DNA of 64,000 bases from a virus, in the IMG/VR virus record IMGVR_UViG_3300023435_000659, positions 4,060 to 68,059 of that record. One strand, 5' to 3'. The notes beneath the pieces are model-generated. The model was not told where the DNA came from. It searched no databases and worked only from the letters and a program-made list of their open reading frames with translations. A program made the translations under genes and the position numbers. Each line of letters opens with the position of its first letter. Positions within the stretch are counted from its first letter, which is position 1. Of the stretch, positions 55,192-64,000 are shown piece after piece.

Positions 55192-56991
55192 TCAGAACCC
55201 ACTTCCGCTGGGTTCTGCCGGGCTTTCCTTGCTATCGTCCGAGAACAGTGCCATGAAATGGGCCAAATCGAACCGCACGCCGCGACCGTGTACGCCACCA
55301 ACTCGTTGCCGAGTGGAATCAGCACCTTCGATTCGACGCAGGTATTGGCTGATCTCCTGCCCCTCCCAGCGAGTGCCGCGGAGCAAATTGGCTTGTATCT
55401 GCTGATACTGGAACATGATTGACGAACGCATGGCTCCAATATCTACCCGGATCCCAACGCCAGCAAGTACAGATAACCACTCGACATAGTTATCTGGCGC
55501 TGGGCCGTTGAGATGTTCGATTACCTGCCCAACGGTCAACCGGTGGCGTTCAAGCTGGACATGAGCCCCCAGAAGTGCCTTTACTAGAATTGCCTCATCC
55601 GCCTCAATCTCCTCGCCGCTGCTACATGCCTCATTCAACATCTGCCGCAGCAACCCGGCTGCCTCCTGGTCGCCCATCCCCAATACGGAGGATAGTATCC
55701 CAGCAGGCACGGCGTATGACTCCACTTGTCGAGGATCAGCACCTTCAACAGACACGCCCTTCAGGTCGATCGCCCGCTGGCGTGCCGCATGCGCAACGGA
55801 GAGGGCTACTGCAAGGCTTCGTTGACCAAGTTGGTACAAATCATCAGCCGGGGGCAAACAGAGCTTATTTCGCAATTCTGGGGACGCTGGGAGCAAATTG
55901 AGGATGATCGCACGATTCCGGTCGGCCTGATCTTCGTAGGGTAGCGAAATACCAGCTAACCAGCAAAGATGATGGAGTGAAAATGAGGTGGCTTGACCGC
56001 CTGGAGTGCCACGAATAGCGACGGCGCCACTTGATCGACTTGCTGACCGCAGCATTTTCAGGATTTCCCGCTGTTTCTGCACCTCCTTGCGATTTTTCGT
56101 ATCTACTTCATCGACAATAACTACTTTGGCTGATTTCCGCATCTCCTGCCGTAGCCCGGCGGCCGACGCATCGAAAGTCGAGATCGTCATATTGCAAAAT
56201 AGCCCCATTAGGGCCTCGCAGAAAATGGACTTTCCGGTCCCCGACGCCCCGAGCATATCAATCCGAGGACGCCAGGGCCAAAGCGTTTGGATCCATGTAG
56301 CAAATATCAGGGCGGATACGATGATTGTGTCTTGGCCACCACGCCATCGCCAACGACGGAAGAGGTCGACTAGATCGTCGGCAACTGCCCCTCGCCATTT
56401 GGGGGATTTAGCCTGTTCGAGCATGACTACCAGATGATCGTAGTCGTACCATGGCTTCGTGCCGCTGGAAAAATCAAGCAGCAAATCATCATGGCGGGGA
56501 TGTTCAATCCGTTCGATGCCGGCCGATGACAAGTGCATCCCCTCCCCTAGATTGACTAGCACTATCTCCTTATTTGAGCAGCTTGGCCAGACCCCAAAGC
56601 CTTTCTTCGACTCGTCGCCGATAATTTTCGGTGCCGAGAGGTGACCGAGCATATTTCGCACATCGCTAACCGAATACATGCTGGGAACATCCTCATTGGC
56701 GACGGTCACAGTCTTGCGAACGACTGGCCCACCGAAAAGCTGGAGCATTCGAGCGTAACGCAACCGATCGTAATCTCGAATAGATACCGTGCGGCGAAAA
56801 TACAGCGAGTAGACTTCGATGATGCCGTCTTCGCGGTGACCGAGTACGTCTATTTTCAAGGCTTCGGCTATCTGGCGCTCAGTGAAATCGTCAATATCCT
56901 GATCGGTGGGGCGACTGGCTGACGGCTGATTGTCGACCGGTGGTTGCCATGGTGAAACAAGATCAAGCAAGTCTCGGTAGGCTTTTGGCAT
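55192..56991 (-). CDS. Primase-associated P-loop helicase/ATPase
   Basis: GASGTGKS (Walker A), IVDE (Walker B), ADRNR; GAGG RBS. Confidence 0.78.
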   Translation of the reverse strand: MPKAYRDLLDLVSPWQPPVDNQPSASRPTDQDIDDFTERQIAEALKIDVLGHREDGIIEVYSLYFRRTVSIRDYDRLRYARMLQLFGGPVVRKTVTVANEDVPSMYSVSDVRNMLGHLSAPKIIGDESKKGFGVWPSCSNKEIVLVNLGEGMHLSSAGIERIEHPRHDDLLLDFSSGTKPWYDYDHLVVMLEQAKSPKWRGAVADDLVDLFRRWRWRGGQDTIIVSALIFATWIQTLWPWRPRIDMLGASGTGKSIFCEALMGLFCNMTISTFDASAAGLRQEMRKSAKVVIVDEVDTKNRKEVQKQREILKMLRSASRSSGAVAIRGTPGGQATSFSLHHLCWLAGISLPYEDQADRNRAIILNLLPASPELRNKLCLPPADDLYQLGQRSLAVALSVAHAARQRAIDLKGVSVEGADPRQVESYAVPAGILSSVLGMGDQEAAGLLRQMLNEACSSGEEIEADEAILVKALLGAHVQLERHRLTVGQVIEHLNGPAPDNYVEWLSVLAGVGIRVDIGAMRSSIMFQYQQIQANLLRGTRWEGQEISQYLRRIEGADSTRQRVGGVHGRGVRFDLAHFMALFSDDSKESPAEPSGSGF

Positions 56992-57005
56992 CCGTTCCTC
57001 AATCC

Positions 57006-58088
57006 TTAGTCTTGCGTTAGGAAGTCTCGCACATCTTCACCATTTTTAGGCTTCACTTCATATGGCAATTTAGCAGTCCGGACATCTTTTGCTACACTGT
57101 ATAGGGCCCGGCATCGCTTCTCGACCCCAACTTGGCCGGCATCGTCTGCATCCCCGATAACCACCACGGACAGCCCCGCTAGAATCTTGGCCTGATGCTG
57201 ATGGACGTCGGCCGTTGCCCCGGCTGGCGAGGCAATTACAGCCACTTTATCCCGCTGATCCACTGGAATCGCGGCCCACAGTGCCAACATGCACGTCGGG
57301 CCTTCCGGCCACCACACTAATTCCACCTTCTCACGCCGCTCCGGATCGCAGAGCAACATGAGAGTCGATAGTCCACATAGCGTGCCGGCAGTCGGGCCAA
57401 TCGACAGGTCCTTCGCCCAGGTTCGTTCTTTGGTTGAGTCCGTGCCTCGCGGTGTCACGTCGAACGGCTGGCCCGAGCAGTCGAATATCTGCCACGCCAC
57501 CGGATCGGCGTCGAGAAACCATTGGCCATAGCAGGGGATCGCAATCACCTGACGACAGCTATGGGTGTGCTTTAGTTCCTTTGTTTTCTTGTCGCGATAG
57601 CAGGGGTAGTGGGCCATCTGCCCACCGGCCGCCATGATGCTTTCGATTGTAATGCCTGGTTTCCGGAGGCACCAGCCCCGGCCAAGCACTTCATTACCGG
57701 GATCCGTCCAGCATTGGAAGATGAGTTTTTCCCGCCAATCGGTTTGTCCTTCCGCTACTCGTTTCTCCCGCCCGAGGGTTACACCAGCTTTTTCGGCGTA
57801 TGCTTTCCGTGCTGCCTTCCAGTCGGGGAACTTACCTGCACGAACTGCGAAGTCCCACAGCGAGCAGGTGAACGATTCGGTGTCCTTGCCGCCCGAGTCC
57901 CCGTAATAACCGGTTTTAATGTTGAACCAGGCCGACGGTCTTCGGTCCTTGCGTCCGAACGCATAACATGAAACCATTCCTGATGCTCGCGGATTACCAC
58001 TGGCGCGCACACCAAGCGCGGCGTACTCGGCGGCGATGTCGAGCCCTGCTAGGATTTCTACGTTAATCTCTTGTGGGGTTCTACTCAT
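57006..58088 (-). CDS. DNA primase (TOPRIM)
   Basis: DRRPSA N-domain; PEGPTC, GDADDAG, EDVRDF. Confidence 0.8.
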   Translation of the reverse strand: MSRTPQEINVEILAGLDIAAEYAALGVRASGNPRASGMVSCYAFGRKDRRPSAWFNIKTGYYGDSGGKDTESFTCSLWDFAVRAGKFPDWKAARKAYAEKAGVTLGREKRVAEGQTDWREKLIFQCWTDPGNEVLGRGWCLRKPGITIESIMAAGGQMAHYPCYRDKKTKELKHTHSCRQVIAIPCYGQWFLDADPVAWQIFDCSGQPFDVTPRGTDSTKERTWAKDLSIGPTAGTLCGLSTLMLLCDPERREKVELVWWPEGPTCMLALWAAIPVDQRDKVAVIASPAGATADVHQHQAKILAGLSVVVIGDADDAGQVGVEKRCRALYSVAKDVRTAKLPYEVKPKNGEDVRDFLTQD

Positions 58089-58617
58089 TCCTATGGTTCC
58101 AAAATTTCCACATGATCCGAAATGCGAGCAGTTCGGCATACCGTCGGTCGCCACCAAAATACCAGTGGACACCATATTTCTGCGGCCATGATGCTGCCGC
58201 TCCGATCACCATATCGCCAGTCACCCGGCGGCTATCGTCGTTGTCTAGCTCCTCGCAGATCGCAGATAGTGAGCCCTCGATTACTACGCACGCGAAGCCG
58301 CCCGACAACACAATCTCGGCCATGCGCTCATGTTCCCGGCGGAAACGAGCGTTGCCGCTGGTTATGGAGCCTACTAAGTCAGATGCCGATTTCCGTTCAA
58401 CGCAAAGCAATTCCTCCATGCCTTTGATCGTATAGTCACCAGTTTTCAGCCCCTTTACTTCATGTTGAATGACCCACAGCCGCTTCTCAATAACGATACC
58501 GGAAAACTGCCATGGCGCTTGTTCTCTAGTATCTCGAAGGACCACAAAAGGACAAACAAACAGATCGCGTACCGGGGCAGGCTTTGGTCGTTTCGTTGGT
58601 GGGCCACATTCGACCAT
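58081..58617 (-). CDS. ERCC4-domain nuclease
   Basis: DTREQ...TGDY...VERKS..DL..S...RF.RE.ERM. Confidence 0.9.
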   Translation of the reverse strand: MVECGPPTKRPKPAPVRDLFVCPFVVLRDTREQAPWQFSGIVIEKRLWVIQHEVKGLKTGDYTIKGMEELLCVERKSASDLVGSITSGNARFRREHERMAEIVLSGGFACVVIEGSLSAICEELDNDDSRRVTGDMVIGAAASWPQKYGVHWYFGGDRRYAELLAFRIMWKFWNHRNE

Positions 58618-58631
58618 CGTTTTGCCTGAAA

Positions 58632-58898
58632 TCAGTCGAGTATTCGGTCGTCGCACAAAGACATGCGCAAGAAGAATTCAGCCACTTCGCCTGGTTTCCG
58701 CATGGGCTCTGCTGAGAATCTTTTGCCATGGAAAATTATTGGTCGTCCACCTGTTGCATGAATCGTTCTTGCGAGTTCCTTACTTGCTTTCTCCATCACT
58801 GTTTTCGCTTCTGCCTGCTGCTGTACCAGGCTGTCATACAACTCTCTAGAATCCAGAAAGACCTTGATTGCCTTCTGGATTTTCTCATATTCGTTCAT
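58632..58898 (-). CDS. Hypothetical protein
   Basis: TAATG overlap with helicase stop; AAGGAG RBS. Confidence 0.65.
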   Translation of the reverse strand: MNEYEKIQKAIKVFLDSRELYDSLVQQQAEAKTVMEKASKELARTIHATGGRPIIFHGKRFSAEPMRKPGEVAEFFLRMSLCDDRILD

Positions 58899-61288
58899 TA
58901 CCAAATCTCCTTTGTGTTTGTGTCTGCCAAGACCAGCCCGGCATCTGTTGCATAGCGCCGGATTGTCTCGACCATGAATGTTTTACGCCGTTGGATAAAT
59001 GTCCGCCGGCATATCGAGTCCGCTGTGTGCTTCATGCCAACCAGAAAACAGGCTGTCTGCGCCCGGCTGACTCCAGTGTAGAAGTGCGCCCTATCACACA
59101 CTCCGTATTCCCCACTCGCTCCAGGATATTCATCAAGGCAGTAGATTATGATTTTCCATTGTGAGCCTTGTGATTTATGGGTTGTCACGGCGTATGCCAA
59201 GTCCAGGTCGCACCCCGTATCCGCTTTATTCCCACCGTTCTCGTCACCCTCTCCGTTTTTGTCTTCGTCCTGCTTTCTGTCAGCGCGAAAGATAATCACC
59301 GGCTTCTGGCTGCTTGGGAATTTCACTACAGTCTTCTTCTGCTCTGCATGGAGAACCCTGCCGATCTCGCCATTGGCTACCATGGCTTTTTCGTCGGCCG
59401 ATTTCCAAGTGCCGTCTTTCGACTGGGTAGCAAATGGGAGGAAGCTGTTACGGAGTTGTATAACCTTGTCGCCAAGCCTGAAGGGAGTACGGGTATCGCC
59501 ATCGCCATCGACCGGGTTCAGCAAATCTTGCAGCCGCCGGTTCAGCACCGTCCGGCTGAGCGGGCTCCTCTTGTTCACAGCGACCAGAACCTGCGCGTCC
59601 CAGACAGGATCATAGGGAGAGTCATCGCGTATTTGCTCCAGCAGACCGCACACCCTGGCTGGAGCCACCGAGCCACTACAAGTATGCAGCATCAGGTTCT
59701 TCGGGTCTTCGGCTTGCAGGTCGATTGTGTCGTCCGGTTCCCATGGTTGCTGATCCACAATGGCTGTACAGACGCGAACGATCGTGCCGGAATTTCTGTG
59801 TATTTCCTTTAATTCGCCGCAGGGCAGCCCGGCCTCGATCATGTCTCGTAGCGGAGCCCCGTATTCAACCGGAGGGAGTTGGTTGCAATCTCCGACCAGG
59901 AGTAGCCCGCAGCCTTTCGGGATCGCTGCCAATAGCGAGCGGAAGAGGCCGGTCCCCAGCATTGATGCCTCCTCGACAACCACGAATTGAGCGTCGAGCG
60001 GATTCGACTCGTTATGCTTAAACTCCCAGCCGCCTTCATCAACCGCCTCAACACCAAGGCCCGAGTGGATTGTGGTAGGAGTAAGACCGGACAATTTCGC
60101 TTCGGCCATCAATTCCTTGACCCGCTGAGCCGCTTTGCCGGTCGGGGCCATAACCTTGACGCAACCCTGGCCGTGCATCATCTGGATCGCACGAACGAGG
60201 CGGACAAGGGTGAAGGATTTTCCAGTCCCTGGTCGACCACCCAGCAAAACAACAGGACCGGCCAGAGCCTTCCTGAGTTCCGTGCGTTGATGATCCGTCA
60301 ATTCCGCAAACTCCGGCCGGTCCAAAGAAGGCCATTCAACTGATTCATTTGCCATCATTTCTATCAGCCGCCGGCAGCAATACTCTTCCGCGTCTGCCCG
60401 CTGGATGTCTGCGACCCAGAGCCTATCCTGTTCGTCCGTCCGGGTCCGCATGATCTTGCCTCTCACCGCCAATGTCAATGCTTTCGTTGGCGTTACTTTC
60501 GTTCCGGCCACCGCCGCCCTCAGATACTCTACCCCCTTTTCCCATTGCATCCACACATGCCCCTGACTGTCAGACTCCTTGCGTGTTGCGTAGGACAGAC
60601 AGTACGCCTGCCGCTTCAATCGTGACGGATCGTACCCTAATTCCAAGTAGAACCTATCTGCTTTTAAGAACCCGACACCACGCAGAGCTTGGGCCCGATG
60701 CGGGTAGCGAGTCAATATCTCGTGAGCTTTGGCCCCCCACAGTTGCAGCGCTTGCCTTACGCACACCTTGCCGAACCCGCGACCATCAAACAAGTCGTAC
60801 AGTTGGATTGTGAGGTCTTCGGCGGCCTTCAATCGCTCTAGGACCTTGGACGCCTCGCGAGCCTTCTGGGCTGAAAATCGCTTGTTTCCGACAGTTTCAG
60901 CCGCCCGTTCGGGTTCTTCTCGCAAGACTTTGACCGCATCACCCTGAAACTCATCCCATAGAGCGTGGGCGGTCGCTGGCCCGACATACTTTGCTTGCTG
61001 GAGGTACTTGACGATACCAGTTTGGTTGTGTGGTTGGATTGAGCAGAACGAGTCAAACCGAAAATTATGCTGGGTCTCGCCGCCCCACTGTTTTTGTTCC
61101 CAGCGGCCCCAGAATCGGAACGGTAATTGAGCTTGCAATTCGCCGGGATCCGCTTCGCCAAGCAGTGAAAATGCCCGCGGTAGATCGGCGTCGACCGGCT
61201 GCTGCTGCTTGGCCGACATGATCGTGAACGAGTCCCGGCGAAATTTCTCGTCGATCGGGACAGCAGTAATTTCAGTCAATTGGGCCAT
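58898..61288 (-). CDS. recD2: RecD2-like SF1B helicase
   Basis: HhH GVGFLKAD; GRPGTGKS; APTGKAA; TIH; EEASM; GDCNQLPPV; YAVTTHKSQGS; YTGVSRA. Confidence 0.9.
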   Translation of the reverse strand: MAQLTEITAVPIDEKFRRDSFTIMSAKQQQPVDADLPRAFSLLGEADPGELQAQLPFRFWGRWEQKQWGGETQHNFRFDSFCSIQPHNQTGIVKYLQQAKYVGPATAHALWDEFQGDAVKVLREEPERAAETVGNKRFSAQKAREASKVLERLKAAEDLTIQLYDLFDGRGFGKVCVRQALQLWGAKAHEILTRYPHRAQALRGVGFLKADRFYLELGYDPSRLKRQAYCLSYATRKESDSQGHVWMQWEKGVEYLRAAVAGTKVTPTKALTLAVRGKIMRTRTDEQDRLWVADIQRADAEEYCCRRLIEMMANESVEWPSLDRPEFAELTDHQRTELRKALAGPVVLLGGRPGTGKSFTLVRLVRAIQMMHGQGCVKVMAPTGKAAQRVKELMAEAKLSGLTPTTIHSGLGVEAVDEGGWEFKHNESNPLDAQFVVVEEASMLGTGLFRSLLAAIPKGCGLLLVGDCNQLPPVEYGAPLRDMIEAGLPCGELKEIHRNSGTIVRVCTAIVDQQPWEPDDTIDLQAEDPKNLMLHTCSGSVAPARVCGLLEQIRDDSPYDPVWDAQVLVAVNKRSPLSRTVLNRRLQDLLNPVDGDGDTRTPFRLGDKVIQLRNSFLPFATQSKDGTWKSADEKAMVANGEIGRVLHAEQKKTVVKFPSSQKPVIIFRADRKQDEDKNGEGDENGGNKADTGCDLDLAYAVTTHKSQGSQWKIIIYCLDEYPGASGEYGVCDRAHFYTGVSRAQTACFLVGMKHTADSICRRTFIQRRKTFMVETIRRYATDAGLVLADTNTKEIW

Positions 61289-61304
61289 GCCTGCAATCCT
61301 CGGG

Positions 61305-61348
61305 AAAAAACAGGGCGGCGGCTGCGGGAAAGGGACCACAGCCGCCGC
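61305..61348 (-). terminator. Rho-independent terminator-like hairpin
   Basis: 10-bp GCGGCGGCTG/CAGCCGCCGC stem followed by T6 on the minus strand. Confidence 0.5.
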
Positions 61349-61368
61349 AAGACGAACTGGAACGGAGT

Positions 61369-61938
61369 CTACCAGCTCATCCCCGGCCCCGGCGGAACCC
61401 CTGCCTCATTCTGCTGCTGGGGGGCAGTTTCCTGCTTGGTCTGCTGCCCAAGCATTCCGAGAAATTGCGCATCCTTCGGGATGTCTTTGGCCTTGTCGGC
61501 TGTGACGGCAAAGGTACGAAAGCCAATCCGCGGGTATGGACCCGGTTTCTCAGGGTCCACCTCGGTCTGACCCGTCGCCGGGTTCTTCCGCATGTTCGCT
61601 TCCATCTGGATGTCGGCGCAGCACTGCCGCCCCTTGAGAAGCGTTTCATCAACAGCCAGCCCTTGTTCGGCCGCCGTGGCTGCTTTTCGCTGTTCGGCGG
61701 TAACCAATCCAACCGCCTCGGCGAGATTATAGAACTTATCGACGGCTTTGCCTTCACATGGAAAGAACTCGCTGTGTATCTTGTCCTTCTGTGCTGGATC
61801 GGTAGCCGCCAACACCTGAAACGAGACTTTCACTGCTGTCCCGTACTGGGTTGATAGCTCCTGGCCTTCAATCAGTAGATGACACTTGCAGTTAGCGTCA
61901 ATCATCCGATTAGCGGATCCGGGGTCGCATTGCACCAT
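61369..61938 (-). CDS. Putative ssDNA-binding protein (DUF669-like)
   Basis: Position after AAA ATPase; OB-like strands, LKGRQC, flexible tail; GGAGG RBS. Confidence 0.55.
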   Translation of the reverse strand: MVQCDPGSANRMIDANCKCHLLIEGQELSTQYGTAVKVSFQVLAATDPAQKDKIHSEFFPCEGKAVDKFYNLAEAVGLVTAEQRKAATAAEQGLAVDETLLKGRQCCADIQMEANMRKNPATGQTEVDPEKPGPYPRIGFRTFAVTADKAKDIPKDAQFLGMLGQQTKQETAPQQQNEAGVPPGPGMSW

Positions 61939-62026
61939 TTCAATTTCCTCCGTTAAGTAGGGCCTTGAGTTATTATTGGCTCGCCGCTAGGCCCCATGTG
62001 GGCGGGAGACCATTTTCATGTCTGTG

Positions 62027-63565
62027 TCAAAAGGGAATCTTGTCACCCCCGTTTGTCGGCTCCTTGGGGCTCAGTAGATGCCCCAGCACGGCAATCCGGT
62101 CAATTGCCTGCAAATGAGTGAGGGATTCGGCCGTATTGTAGCCGAGCGCTTGCAGGAACAGTGCTTGCTCGTGCGGTGCCTTGTCGCCATACAACTCGAC
62201 GGTAAGTTCACGGATACGGTTCCGCTGATCCTGTGCTGCCGGGTCATTATTCAGCGGCTGTTTTTCCGTCGGCTCAGTGGGTGCCGGTTCCGGCATGGTA
62301 GCCAGTTGCTTTTCAGCCTGCGTCCTCAAGAGTGCGGACAATGCACCGTCAGACTGCGGATCGGTCAGCATTGCCGGATGCTCGACGCCAAATCTCTCCT
62401 GGAGCCACGCCTTGGCCTCGGCCCCAGTGGCGAAAAGATTCTTCATTTGCAGTAGGCATTCATTGACCCGAGCCTCCGACGCCATTTTGGGCGTAGTGTC
62501 CTTCGGTTGAGTGGTTCGGGTGGCTTCCGGCTGAACTGCGGCATTTCCGCGTGCCGCTGCCTGCCGAGCCATTTCGAGCGCCGAGACCTTTGACCCCTCT
62601 GCCTCGGCCTGGAACTGGGCAATCTGCTGCTGGGCGATAAGCCGATCGTCCTCGTTCATCTGGGCAGCCTCTGGCACCCGCTCTGCCGGCGTCAGTTTTT
62701 TGAAGTCCGGCGGGCTGGCAATGTAAGCTCGAATCGCATCCGGCGTGCATTCCGGAAGCCGCGGGGGAAGGATTGGCTGATCTTCGCTCGAATTGGCACC
62801 AAAACGTACCAGCCGCTCCTTCTTTAGGATGGCCGCGGGTACTCGCGGAGCCTCCTTCCCCTTGGCTTTCGGAGTGCGGTCAAGCTCGACATGCAGTGTC
62901 GCTAACTTCTCCAGCACATCCAGCCCCTCGGCAACCTTATTTTTCGTCCTTTGGCCACCAATCCACTCGTTTTTCAAATGGACCGTCAAAACAAACGTCT
63001 CGAACCGTAATCGACAATCGGTGCTCAGGATATGCGAGAGGATTGACTTGAGATCGGGCCAGAGCGTCATACTACTGGCCTTGGTGTATTCGTTCACCGT
63101 GCGGCCAAACGCTTCCGGATGCCGTCGTAGCCAGTCGATCAGCCCCTCTTGGAGCGGGGTGAAGGTGTCGACCATACCAACGCGGTACTTCCCAGCCGGC
63201 ACGTCGATGAGCGACAGATACCACGCACGGAAAAGAGATGCCGACGGCGAATCATTGCAATCCGCTTGTTCCTTCAAGATGCGCAACCAGCGGGGATCAG
63301 CACTACCTGGTGTCATCACCTTGTTGTGTACGCCCGCGGCAACCGCTGCCCGCGTATCTTTGTGGGTGAAATTCAGCGAGCCAGCATAAGAGTCGGAAGA
63401 CCCCTCCTGGTCGTACACAAGAGTAGTCGGCTCGATTTCAGTCGACGGCCGACGGCAATTGTCGTCGATCGTCAAGCCGAACAGTGTTTTTCCCGCGTTT
63501 ACTGCTCCAGATACCATGATAATTGGTATCCGCACCCCGCCCCACAATTCGTTGGATTCAGACAT
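62027..63565 (-). CDS. AAA_24/Sak4-like ATPase
   Basis: GAVNAGKT, YDQEGS, VDTFT; ends KIPF. Confidence 0.7.
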   Translation of the reverse strand: MSESNELWGGVRIPIIMVSGAVNAGKTLFGLTIDDNCRRPSTEIEPTTLVYDQEGSSDSYAGSLNFTHKDTRAAVAAGVHNKVMTPGSADPRWLRILKEQADCNDSPSASLFRAWYLSLIDVPAGKYRVGMVDTFTPLQEGLIDWLRRHPEAFGRTVNEYTKASSMTLWPDLKSILSHILSTDCRLRFETFVLTVHLKNEWIGGQRTKNKVAEGLDVLEKLATLHVELDRTPKAKGKEAPRVPAAILKKERLVRFGANSSEDQPILPPRLPECTPDAIRAYIASPPDFKKLTPAERVPEAAQMNEDDRLIAQQQIAQFQAEAEGSKVSALEMARQAAARGNAAVQPEATRTTQPKDTTPKMASEARVNECLLQMKNLFATGAEAKAWLQERFGVEHPAMLTDPQSDGALSALLRTQAEKQLATMPEPAPTEPTEKQPLNNDPAAQDQRNRIRELTVELYGDKAPHEQALFLQALGYNTAESLTHLQAIDRIAVLGHLLSPKEPTNGGDKIPF

Positions 63566-63600
63566 CTCCGTGTTCTCCGTATGAGTGTTACTTTACTTTT

Positions 63601-64000
63601 CTAGCCCAGTCCCATCGCCTGCGCAATCTGCATTGTGATCCGGACATCCTGCTCTAAGTACCTAATCGCTAGGGCCCGCTCCTCTGGCGTCCCGTGCCAC
63701 ATTCGGGAGAAGTCCGCTCCAGTGCAGCCCTCCAGCTTGCCCCCGAACCCAAATATCTTGGCTAGGGCGTTGAGCTTAATAAACTTGCCGTACTCTCCCA
63801 TCGTCCATGTGGTCATCGTGTCCGCAAAACTGTCCTGGTTGAAGTACACCCGGCTGCCGCGGAACGACAACACCCAATCTGGAACGGTCACATCCAGCAG
63901 CCACGACCGACGGACCAGAAACGGCAAGTCGAAACCGAAGCCGTTGTGGAACACAATCGTCTGCTCCATAAACTCGTCGCATATTTCCCACCATGATTCC
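63601..64000 (-). CDS. 3'-5' exonuclease (DnaQ/PolB-like), 5'-truncated by window
   Basis: HNGFGFDLPFL (ExoII), DTM, YLEQDV (ExoIII); frame open to the window end. Confidence 0.85.
   Translation of the reverse strand, partial: ESWWEICDEFMEQTIVFHNGFGFDLPFLVRRSWLLDVTVPDWVLSFRGSRVYFNQDSFADTMTTWTMGEYGKFIKLNALAKIFGFGGKLEGCTGADFSRMWHGTPEERALAIRYLEQDVRITMQIAQAMGLG

Larger units (their letters stand above)
1..64000. mobile_element. Tailed phage/prophage genome segment (podovirus-like; host probably Planctomycetota, inferred)
   Basis: TerL-portal-scaffold-capsid-tail order on +; primase/helicase/RecD2/exonuclease on -; tyrosine recombinase and XRE regulator; no host genes; genes run off both ends. 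Confidence 0.95.

Noticed and set aside
1-64000. Alternative genetic code
   Set aside because: Long conserved genes translate intact with standard stops and show normal stop/start overlaps.

Overview
The whole window reads as a contiguous piece of a tailed dsDNA phage or prophage genome with no host housekeeping genes. It is podovirus-like (no tail tube, sheath or tape measure), and a Planctomycetota host is inferred but not proven. Layout: (1) 1-5915 (-), small accessory genes with repeated gene-junction motifs, ending in a catalytic-domain-only tyrosine recombinase. (2) 5953-6339, a switch with a C4-like RNA, back-to-back sigma70 promoters and a leaderless XRE gene. (3) 6346-55162 (+), the late operon: intein-containing TerL, portal, tRNA-like RNA, scaffold, capsid, decoration proteins, two glycan-modification clusters, tail and ejection proteins, a 3102-aa polyvalent protein and a peptidase/membrane module. 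(4) 55192-64000 (-), replication and recombination genes. Top candidates for new biology: (a) an apparent phage-encoded mucin-type O-glycosylation system, with a polypeptide GalNAc-transferase-like enzyme, further GTs and tailoring enzymes beside virion proteins that share a Ser/Pro/Thr tail; (b) a TerL intein whose HNH homing endonuclease is encoded in an overlapping reading frame with its own RBS; (c) a putative ejection protein with two matched blocks of five 36-aa repeats placed symmetrically about a central turn; (d) a tRNA mimic with a 61-nt structured insert replacing the anticodon loop. All assignments come from reading motifs by eye; no database searches were run.
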